This document shows positions 18,545 to 26,142 of a DNA stretch of 32,000 nucleotides, piece by piece (the first letter of the stretch is position 1; each line of letters starts with the position of its first letter). The stretch lies in the NCBI RefSeq assembly GCF_000299365.1, contig NC_018655.1, positions 1,020,001 to 1,052,000 of the forward strand, in the 5' to 3' direction. This stretch comes from Candidatus Nitrosopumilus koreensis AR1 (GTDB taxonomy: Archaea > Thermoproteota > Nitrososphaeria > Nitrososphaerales > Nitrosopumilaceae). The notes under the pieces were generated by a model. That model saw only the letters and a list, made by a program, of their open reading frames with translations, made no database searches and was not told where the DNA came from. The position numbers and the translations under genes are program-made.

Positions 18545-19345
18545 TTATTCTTTGAGTTTACTTTCTTTGAAGACGTCAGAGCCGTACCAACAATATCTAA
18601 AGTAATCAAGGCACCATTCATGAAACATTTGATCATTCGAATAAAACATTTCAGAAATATCTGATTCGTTATCATTTGTAGGAAACATTATGCATGCCTC
18701 CTTTTCATTTAGGACAAGCACAGTATGTACATCTTTTACCATTTTTCTTTCAACAAATCCTTTTTCAATCAATTTGTCAAACCCTAATTTCTTCAGCAAT
18801 GCCTTTCTGCCTTTTGGAATAACAGTATTTTCTGCATAGATATAGTGGAATTGGACTCCTTTCTTTACCTGTTTGACTAAAGGTTCTATTAAATCAAGAG
18901 GCACCTCTGAAACTACCTCATAGATGTATTTTTCAGAATTTTTGTAAATGCTCTTCCATTGTTCAAGTACTTTAGAAACTCCTTTGATATGCTTGTTCAA
19001 TGCAAGCTGTCCGCAACGCATATTGAATTTGTGGGGAACGTCTCCAAAGCTATGCTTTTCAAAATATTGCAGATTCTGCATCAAAAATACCAAAGAAGGA
19101 ACTTGAGAGCATATGATTTTACCAAATGTTGTCAGTTCAAATGTTCCCCCTGATGTTTTTTTAATCAATCCATTTTTTTCAAGTCGTGAGAAATTCCTAT
19201 GAACTTCCTGTCGTGTTGCCTGAAGTTCTTTTGCACATGTAGTCGGGGTCAAATTCCTACTAAGTAACATGAACAATATGTTTAGTCTCTGAGGACTTGC
19301 AAGCTCCAAAACATAATCAGCCGTTTTGTCAATAAGATCTTCCAT
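18545..19345 (-). CDS. Winged-helix transcriptional regulator (ArsR-like HTH with FilR1/DUF1724-like C-terminus)
   Basis: ASPQRLNILFMLLSRNLTPTTCAKELQATRQEVHRNFSRLEKNGLIKKTSGG wHTH; the C-terminal half resembles DUF1724 regulators. Confidence 0.75.
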   Translation of the reverse strand: MEDLIDKTADYVLELASPQRLNILFMLLSRNLTPTTCAKELQATRQEVHRNFSRLEKNGLIKKTSGGTFELTTFGKIICSQVPSLVFLMQNLQYFEKHSFGDVPHKFNMRCGQLALNKHIKGVSKVLEQWKSIYKNSEKYIYEVVSEVPLDLIEPLVKQVKKGVQFHYIYAENTVIPKGRKALLKKLGFDKLIEKGFVERKMVKDVHTVLVLNEKEACIMFPTNDNESDISEMFYSNDQMFHEWCLDYFRYCWYGSDVFKESKLKE

Positions 19346-19402
19346 AATTACTTGCCATATAGTTCACTTAAAAATCAGTAGAAATAGGTTCAGGTAAAAT
19401 AA

Positions 19403-19945
19403 TCAGGCAGTATTCCATGGACGTGACTCCAAAAAATCAATCTCTGCAACCATATCATCGACTTTCTTGACTACTGCAAATATTGAACGATATTCATCAT
19501 ACATATCAGATTCTTCCTGAGGAGTAAGAACACTGGATTCGGCATCATCAAAAAACTTGTTTTCCTTGTTCAAGTGGTCATTAAGGAACACAGCATATGT
19601 TTTGAGATAGCGTATGACATTTTCCCTGGCATCCTCGCCATTCTTCCATCTTTTGAGGTGATGTGAAAGTTTTCTTGCAACATTTCTTCCAAGCTCATGT
19701 TCTACAAGGAATTTGTGGATCTCATCTTTGAGAGAACCATGACTTGAAACGCAAGGAAAGTAAGAGTCTTCTTCCCTAGAATGATGAATTGTGTCAATAA
19801 ATTCAGAGATGACAATTGTAATTTTTGTCAAATCAGAAAATGGAATTTCTTCTCCTTTGTTAAGTTCACCCACACACTTGAAAATAATTTTCTCCAATCT
19901 TCGTACATGTACATGGTCTTCTCTCAGAGTATTCGTTGCACTCAT
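19403..19945 (-). CDS. Hemerythrin HHE domain protein
   Basis: LREDHVHVRRLEKI...FIDTIHHSREEDSYFP...LVEHELGR...FLNDHLNKENKFFDDAE. Confidence 0.85.
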   Translation of the reverse strand: MSATNTLREDHVHVRRLEKIIFKCVGELNKGEEIPFSDLTKITIVISEFIDTIHHSREEDSYFPCVSSHGSLKDEIHKFLVEHELGRNVARKLSHHLKRWKNGEDARENVIRYLKTYAVFLNDHLNKENKFFDDAESSVLTPQEESDMYDEYRSIFAVVKKVDDMVAEIDFLESRPWNTA

Positions 19946-19948
19946 TTT

Positions 19949-20176
19949 CTACTCCTTTGAGGACAAAAAATTCCTAAGAATTTCTGCAGCTCCAGAAGTA
20001 TCACATGCTTCAAGCCTGTCAAGAAGATAAGAATCGGCTTCTATTTCATTCATTTTTTCTTTAAGATTACGATATTTTTCTGCATCATCATAATAATTTA
20101 AAATCTGAGTTAAATCATCAGATGAAATACCACTTTCTTTAAGTTTAGATTCAAGATCTTCTTTTTTCAATGACAT
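19949..20176 (-). CDS. Small helical hypothetical protein (75 aa), probably co-transcribed with the hemerythrin gene
   Basis: Intact ORF ending 3 nt before the start of the hemerythrin ORF. Confidence 0.55.
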   Translation of the reverse strand: MSLKKEDLESKLKESGISSDDLTQILNYYDDAEKYRNLKEKMNEIEADSYLLDRLEACDTSGAAEILRNFLSSKE

Positions 20177-20238
20177 TAATCACTCTCTAAATTATATTTA
20201 AAACCACATTACATTTTCCATGTTGAATAATGCTGGTG

Positions 20239-21573
20239 TCATGTAACATTTACAGTACCTTTCATCCATGGATGTAATGTACAGATATAATCAATGATGC
20301 CAGGATTTTCAAATGTATGACTCCAAGTTTTGCCCGCTTGAATAAATTCTGAATCAAATGATTTTTCATTATCAGTCACAGTATGTACAACAGAATCATC
20401 GTTTGTCCAAGTTACTGTTGTTCCAGATTTTACCTCGATGGAAATTGGATCATAAGATTCCACAACATCTGGATTCCAAGAGCCTTTTACAATTGAAACT
20501 TTATCAGTTTGGACTTTTTCAGTATGGCTGACCTGAACCTGACCTAAATTCTCATATGAGATTATCTTTGGTTGTTCTAATGATTTTATCAATTCTTCTT
20601 GCCATTCTATCATGGAATAGCTTCCTTTGTTGTTACTTGGAGTTTGAATATCAGTTAATGAGGATGCATCCTCAAGCACTTCAATAATTGCCATAGAGCC
20701 ACGTTCTTCCTGAATACCGTGAACATGGAACAAGTATCTACCAGGAGTGTCCCAAGTAGCTTCAATAATTGCAGTATCACCATTTCCAATCAAATGTGTC
20801 TGTGCAAAATATGGTTCATTCCATAAAATTCCTGATGGGTAGACCTGCATTATTGTACTGTGTATATGAAAAGGGGATTGCAACACGCCACCAATACCAA
20901 CTACATAAAATCGTGTCAGATCTCCAGCTACAACTTTGATTGGGTGTTCCATGTATTGACCAGCATACCCGTTAATTGGATAGTATTTTGTAAAATACGC
21001 TAGAGTGTCAGTAGGATCAAACTCACTTAAAGTGAAAAAGTACTCTCTTGCAGGCTCCATTGGTCGTATTGCAGGATCAATTATCATTGTACCAAACATC
21101 CCCATTCGAACATGTTCAGTTGTGGGAAATGCATGACAATGATACATGAAAAGACCTGCCTCTTCTGCGATAAAGTGATACGTGTATTCTTCTCCAGGCA
21201 TTATCATTGGAAACACACCATCATTTACAGAGTCATGAGTTCCATGGAAATGAATAGTATGTGCATATGGAGTATCATTAACAAACTTGACAGTAACATC
21301 ATCCCCTTCGCTAAATCTAAGAGTAGGAGCTGGAACTGTTCCATTATATGTCCAAACTGTTGCACGTTCACCACCAGCTACTTCAATTTCTGCATCTTGG
21401 GCAATTAGTGTATAATGTAATGTCTGAGGATTTGGATTCTCAAATTTTGGATAGATATTAGACGAGTCTGCAATAGTAGTTTGTAATTCAGGAGATTGAA
21501 TCAGTAATGCAGATGCAATACCGACCCCTATAATCACCCCTACAATAACATACAGAGTACTTGGCTTGATCAT
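20239..21573 (-). CDS. NirK-like two-domain multicopper oxidase fused to C-terminal plastocyanin-like domain (copy 1)
   Basis: HTIHFHG, MYHCHAFPTTEHVRMGMFG, GRYLFHVHG and C-terminal HTVTDNEKSFDSEF...CTLHPWMKG. Confidence 0.88.
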   Translation of the reverse strand: MIKPSTLYVIVGVIIGVGIASALLIQSPELQTTIADSSNIYPKFENPNPQTLHYTLIAQDAEIEVAGGERATVWTYNGTVPAPTLRFSEGDDVTVKFVNDTPYAHTIHFHGTHDSVNDGVFPMIMPGEEYTYHFIAEEAGLFMYHCHAFPTTEHVRMGMFGTMIIDPAIRPMEPAREYFFTLSEFDPTDTLAYFTKYYPINGYAGQYMEHPIKVVAGDLTRFYVVGIGGVLQSPFHIHSTIMQVYPSGILWNEPYFAQTHLIGNGDTAIIEATWDTPGRYLFHVHGIQEERGSMAIIEVLEDASSLTDIQTPSNNKGSYSMIEWQEELIKSLEQPKIISYENLGQVQVSHTEKVQTDKVSIVKGSWNPDVVESYDPISIEVKSGTTVTWTNDDSVVHTVTDNEKSFDSEFIQAGKTWSHTFENPGIIDYICTLHPWMKGTVNVT

Positions 21574-21674
21574 AATATCACCGACAGTACAACTATTGAA
21601 ATTCCTGCAATAGCATAAAATGCCCAGAATGCTTTTTTGTGTCTTGGAGGATTTTGCTTAGCTTGAGATTTCAT
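21570..21674 (-). CDS. Unlisted 34-aa single-TM protein translationally coupled to the MCO
   Basis: My translation: MKSQAKQNPPRHKKAFWAFYAIAGISIVVLSVIL*. Strong SD (AAAGGAGGAATACA-ATG) and ATGA overlap with the MCO start. Confidence 0.7.
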   Translation of the reverse strand: MKSQAKQNPPRHKKAFWAFYAIAGISIVVLSVIL

Positions 21675-21875
21675 TGTATTCCTCCTTTAGAAAAAACTGC
21701 GAGAACAGTGTGAAAAAAGTCACACTTGTTTTCGTGTCTATGGGGATAGCGTTCTCGCATATTCAGAATATACCAAAAGAAAGGATTAATCTTCGTCAGC
21801 TGTATAGCTTACATGTAACGCTAGATGAGACAAAATTCTTTGAGAAAAAAAATAATGCAAATTAGGAGGAATTGA

Positions 21876-22097
21876 TTGTCTAGAAATTCAGGTCCATTTC
21901 CATCATGTGTTGGAGAATGTAAAAAGTATCAAGTAAAAAGACCTCTGAAGGGTAGAAGATACGAGTTAGGACAGAAGAGATGTCAAACACGCAACCAATG
22001 GCTAGAATACGATGGGATTAGGTGCCCATGTTGCAATTACAGGCTCAGAACAGGTGCACGAAGCAGAACAACAGAAAAAATAGTGCCTAGAATATGA
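21876..22097 (+). CDS. Small zinc-ribbon-like protein (copy 1)
   Basis: SCVGECKKYQVKRP...KRCQTRNQWLEYDGIRCPCCNYRLRT; SD-like AGGAGG upstream of a TTG start. Confidence 0.65.
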   Translation: MSRNSGPFPSCVGECKKYQVKRPLKGRRYELGQKRCQTRNQWLEYDGIRCPCCNYRLRTGARSRTTEKIVPRI

Positions 22098-22140
22098 ACA
22101 TTCCAATTATCTGATTTTTAAAAAAATGGAGTAAATGGGT

Positions 22141-22236
22141 TTAGGAGATTTCCTTTCCACATTTACTTGAACATATTTTTTCAAACAAGCTGACAAACTC
22201 TCGTCCACAATGAATACATTTTTTGAGAATTTTCAT
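22141..22236 (-). CDS. Unlisted 31-aa zinc-finger-like microprotein
   Basis: My translation: MKILKKCIHCGREFVSLFEKICSSKCGKEIS*; C-x2-C-x11-C-x3-C. Confidence 0.4.
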   Translation of the reverse strand: MKILKKCIHCGREFVSLFEKICSSKCGKEIS

Positions 22237-22508
22237 TAGTTATGAAACAGCTCCACAAAGTCGCAGGAATTGCAAAACTTTGCTTGGATCTTTCTCCAAG
22301 GCTGTCGTGCATGGATAGAGACATTCGTGTCACTTGTGTGAATTAGGTTTGAACACTTTGGACATGATTCCATGTTCTTAGTTATTGCACAATGATATTA
22401 CAAGTGGTAAACAACACAGTTGCTTTGTCATAAGACAAGCTGACAGACTTGGCTACAATTTTTCAAAACATAATACATAATTAACTAACAATTATTGTAA
22501 AGAAGCAA

Positions 22509-23042
22509 TTGAGCACTGAACAAAAAAAGAAAACAGAGACAATGTCGTTTAGGTTAGACAGTCAGATCTTAGGTAAATTACGAGCAGAGTCAGAATCTCA
22601 AGGGGTCAGTTTGAATACATTGGCAAGTAAGATCTTTTCAAGATATGTAGATTGGGGCATGTTTGAGCCTAAAGTAGGAATGGTGCCAATAGCAAAACCC
22701 ATTGTAACTGCATTATTTCAAAAACTTTCAGAACAAGAGACTATTGATCTTGCAAAACAAATTGGCAAAAGTATCGTGTCAGATATAGCCACATTCATGA
22801 AAGGCTCATTTGATCTAGACTCATTTGTATCATGGTTTATCACGAGAATGAAAATATCTGATTTTGAGTTGAACCACACGATAAATAATTCAAAACACAG
22901 TTTCATAATAAAACATGACTTGGGATACAACTGGTCACTGTATCACAAAACAGTACTGGAATTAATTTTCAATGAGGCATTTGAGAAAAAAATTGATTTT
23001 GAGATAAAAGATAGAATGATGGAATTAAGTTTTGAGAAATAA
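22509..23042 (+). CDS. Ribbon-helix-helix-like DNA-binding protein with uncharacterised C-terminal domain
   Basis: ETMSFRLDSQILGKLRAESESQGVSLNTLASKIFSRYVDW resembles an RHH domain. Confidence 0.6.
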   Translation: MSTEQKKKTETMSFRLDSQILGKLRAESESQGVSLNTLASKIFSRYVDWGMFEPKVGMVPIAKPIVTALFQKLSEQETIDLAKQIGKSIVSDIATFMKGSFDLDSFVSWFITRMKISDFELNHTINNSKHSFIIKHDLGYNWSLYHKTVLELIFNEAFEKKIDFEIKDRMMELSFEK

Positions 23043-24404
23043 TCAAACAGCCTTGATTGTTCCAGTCATCCATGGATGAAGCATACAGTAGTATTCATAC
23101 AAACCCACACTTTCAAATGTCTGCTCAAATGCATCACCAGGCATCATCATGCCAGAATCAAACAATTCATCATTGCTTGTCACAGTATGAACTGAGATGT
23201 CCTTGTTTGTCCACGTGACAGTATCACCTTTCTGAATCTGTGTCAATTTAGGATAGTATGACTTGTTTGAAGATTTTATCGCAGAACCTTCTTCTACTTC
23301 ACAAAGAGTGGTTTCAACTATCTGGGATTCATCGGTATTCTGTGCAAATGTGAGATGTTCTTCATGACTAGATGTACTTGCAGCAGTTTTTGTGATTTCT
23401 GCAGATTTGTCAGGAGATTCCAGTTCTGTGAAAACTTGTTTTTGCCAATCCCACATATCAATGGATTTAGTTCTTGCAACATCAACACCATCTATTGCAT
23501 CAGATGAGGCATCTCTTACATCAAAGTAAGCCATAGTGCCCTTTTCTTCAGGGACACCATGCAAATGGAAGAGATACCTTCCAGGTTCTTTCCATGTAGC
23601 TTCAAAGATTGCAGCATTTCCAGGACCGACCTCCCATGTCTGTGTCTTGATAGGTTCATTTTCCCAGATTCCAGAAACTATAGTATCAAATATTGTACCA
23701 TGAATGTGGAACCCAAATGCAGGGATTGCACCCATATCTACATAATACAATCGGACTAATTCACCAGTTTTTGCAGGCAATGGATTTGTCCAGTATTGAT
23801 CAGCATATCCGTTAAAGAAAACATAATCAGGCGTCCATGTCTCCTGATCTTCCAAATCGTATTCACCTTTGACAAGAACATATTCCCTTGCAGGTTCTAC
23901 TCCTTCTCTAGGATCTACAATGAATGCACCATACAATCCATTTCTAACATGTTCAGACACTGGCATAACATGACAATGGTACATGAAAACCCCTGCAGGT
24001 TCTGCTATGAAATCATACGTGTAAGACTCACCAGGAAGAACTTCTTGAAACACTCCATCATTTTTCTCATTATGATCACCATGAAAATGCATCGTATGTG
24101 GAAGTTTTCCGTTATTGATAAAATTGATAATCACCCTGTCTCCTTCAGTTGCACGTAACGTAGGACCAGGAATTGTTCCGTTATATGTCCAAGCTTCAAC
24201 TCTAACACCTGGAGAAATCTCCAACGTTGTATCTTCAGCAATCACAGTGAATGTTCTTGTAATTGGAGAGCTGTGGACAGAGGGGTCTTGAGCGAATGAT
24301 TGCAAAGGCAATTCGGAATCTAAGAAGAAAACACCTAATGTTACTCCGAGAGATATAACGCCGATGAGCATGATCGTTGTTCTGTCCACGAAACACAATA
24401 TCAC
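23043..24404 (-). CDS. NirK-like two-domain multicopper oxidase fused to C-terminal plastocyanin-like domain (copy 2)
   Basis: HTMHFHGDH, MYHCHVMPVSEHVRNGLYG, GRYLFHLHG and C-terminal HTVTSNDELFDSG...CMLHPWMTG. Confidence 0.88.
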   Translation of the reverse strand: MILCFVDRTTIMLIGVISLGVTLGVFFLDSELPLQSFAQDPSVHSSPITRTFTVIAEDTTLEISPGVRVEAWTYNGTIPGPTLRATEGDRVIINFINNGKLPHTMHFHGDHNEKNDGVFQEVLPGESYTYDFIAEPAGVFMYHCHVMPVSEHVRNGLYGAFIVDPREGVEPAREYVLVKGEYDLEDQETWTPDYVFFNGYADQYWTNPLPAKTGELVRLYYVDMGAIPAFGFHIHGTIFDTIVSGIWENEPIKTQTWEVGPGNAAIFEATWKEPGRYLFHLHGVPEEKGTMAYFDVRDASSDAIDGVDVARTKSIDMWDWQKQVFTELESPDKSAEITKTAASTSSHEEHLTFAQNTDESQIVETTLCEVEEGSAIKSSNKSYYPKLTQIQKGDTVTWTNKDISVHTVTSNDELFDSGMMMPGDAFEQTFESVGLYEYYCMLHPWMTGTIKAV

Positions 24405-24495
24405 AGATTGCTTTTAATCAGGAGGTTTATTTTGCAAACATTTGCAAACAACATAATACGCTGTTCTTATGTACAATGTTTTTTTCTAATCTGTC

Positions 24496-24699
24496 TTGGC
24501 ACCAAGATGTAAGGGACATTGTATTGATTTTAAGATAAAACGATTTGAGGGAGGAATAAAGTATCAAAATGGATTAAAGTGGTGTACGATATGTTCAAGA
24601 TTTATTCAGACAGATCTTATACGTTGTTCTTGTTGCAACACAAAATTGCGAGTAAGAGCTAAGAACAGAATATATCAAAAAAAGATTCAAAGAATTTGA
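24496..24699 (+). CDS. Small zinc-ribbon-like protein (copy 2)
   Basis: RCKGHCIDFKIKRFEGG...KWCTICSRFIQTDLIRCSCCNTKLRV; aligns by eye with copy 1. Confidence 0.6.
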   Translation: MAPRCKGHCIDFKIKRFEGGIKYQNGLKWCTICSRFIQTDLIRCSCCNTKLRVRAKNRIYQKKIQRI

Positions 24700-24749
24700 C
24701 AAGGACATTTTCAAAAAATGAAAATCTCAGATTGGTTTAATTACAAAAT

Positions 24750-25139
24750 ATGCAAATCAAGATCATGGAAATCAAAGGGATGTACATGCTAAAGACATCA
24801 GAATTTACCGAGGAAAAAATTCAAGAGTCACTCAAAATGTTGTATGCAGACAGGCAAAACGAGTTCCGCACGATATCTGAAGTATTCTTGGGAAAAGACA
24901 GATTGAATCAGACTCCAGAATGGAAGGAATTTGTGTTGAATTTTTGTCTGGACGTAGAGGACTCTTTTAAGACATGGTCTAATCAAAAACAGCCATCTAC
25001 AACATCACCCCAAAAAGCCCTGACAATCCTAAGACAGATAGGCAATGGCATGACATCCATGAACCAACTAACGCACATACTGAATCTTGCATTCAACATA
25101 TCAAAGGAGTTCAAAGAGATTTACAGACGTTTGAAATGA
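24750..25139 (+). CDS. Hypothetical helical protein
   Basis: Intact ORF; internal start MLKTSEFTEEKIQESLKML is plausible. Confidence 0.5.
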   Translation: MQIKIMEIKGMYMLKTSEFTEEKIQESLKMLYADRQNEFRTISEVFLGKDRLNQTPEWKEFVLNFCLDVEDSFKTWSNQKQPSTTSPQKALTILRQIGNGMTSMNQLTHILNLAFNISKEFKEIYRRLK

Positions 25140-25396
25140 TGATTCAAAAACATGTTAGTTTGATTAATGTTGGTTTAGATTAACTGTTTATTGTTAAATG
25201 AAGATTTGTGTTTCAGAAAAGATTTACAAGACAATATTGTCTTACGAGTAAGGCCAACCAGTAACCACGTAGTTTGCTCACTAAACTTGCTCCAATTAAA
25301 AAATAATTTTCAAATTATAAAAAATCAGATAAAATGAGAAAAGAGGACTAGTCTTTAACATCCAAACATGATTTCACAGTTTGGCTTTGAGAATTA

Positions 25397-25516
25397 GTGA
25401 AAAAAGTGAAAAAGCGTGAAAAAAGCGTGAAAATCAGGTAGTGTTCTATGTTAATTCACGTTTTTCACATTTCACAAAAATTTCCTATAATATAGGGGGG
25501 TTTTGTGAAAATAGTG
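25397..25516. repeat. Iteron-like cluster of GTGAAAA repeats on both strands
   Basis: Forward GTGAAAA units start at 25397, 25406, 25416, 25427 and 25505; inverted TTCAC units end at 25459, 25468 and 25475. Confidence 0.55.
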
Positions 25517-25640
25517 ACAAACATTTTTTGAAAAATAGATTCAGATTTTTTCTTATTAAATTGAAACAGAAATAATACATCGACGTGCGACGTTATGCAT
25601 ACGCGAAAAACTAATGGCTTTTAGTTTTCAAGTATTTCAA

Positions 25641-25832
25641 TTAAGAAAGACATCGTTTATCTTTTAAATCATTTAATCTTCTCGTATTCAATCTGAATTT
25701 CATAAATTCAGGTTTTTTGCTGCAAAGTTCACACAGATGCCAAACATCATCTTTTTGCAAGGATCCAGTGTCAAATTTCACTTCAATGGTTTTTGAGTGA
25801 CTATCATCGCAGACAAAGTAATCATCTATCAA
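25641..25832 (-). CDS. Small hypothetical protein (63 aa)
   Basis: ORF MIDDYFVCDDSHSKTIEVKFDTGSLQKDDVWHLCELCSKKPE...; CELC could be half of a zinc site. Confidence 0.45.
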   Translation of the reverse strand: MIDDYFVCDDSHSKTIEVKFDTGSLQKDDVWHLCELCSKKPEFMKFRLNTRRLNDLKDKRCLS

Positions 25833-25904
25833 ATATCAAACCCTCCAGTTGCAATATTGGTGATGAAGTACCTACTGACTCAAGAAAAGAGGTCAGGGAG
25901 ACAC

Positions 25905-26039
25905 ATGAGCAAGAGCAGTCATTCATCAAGTACTAATGGACAAAAAATTGGGAATAATGTCCACATGTGGACATACCTTGCAATTTCAACATATTTGATC
26001 ATAAATAGAGCAGTTAACCAAATGACTGATTCTCTATGA
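25905..26039 (+). CDS. Possible small TM protein (44 aa)
   Basis: MSKSSHSSSTNGQKIGNNVHMWTYLAISTYLIINRAVNQMTDSL*, internal start in the track ORF 25797..26039. Confidence 0.3.
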   Translation: MSKSSHSSSTNGQKIGNNVHMWTYLAISTYLIINRAVNQMTDSL

Positions 26040-26142
26040 GAGAATTAAATCAAATTTGTTATGATTTGAGCAGCACCATCCAAATTAAATTCTGGAAATA
26101 AGATAATTTCTAAGACGAGGTTCTTCTATTTGATGCGAATCT

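Noticed and set aside
21112-21408. Plus-strand Cys-rich ORF, and similar 23559..23759 and 23796..24158
   Set aside because: Antisense of His/Cys-rich MCO copper motifs; composition is a shadow effect.
21674-21865. Plus-strand 63-aa ORF
   Set aside because: Begins inside the coupled 34-aa minus ORF and covers the likely divergent promoter region.
25397-25480. CRISPR array
   Set aside because: Repeat units are only about 7-9 nt with no spacers of 30-40 nt and no cas genes nearby.
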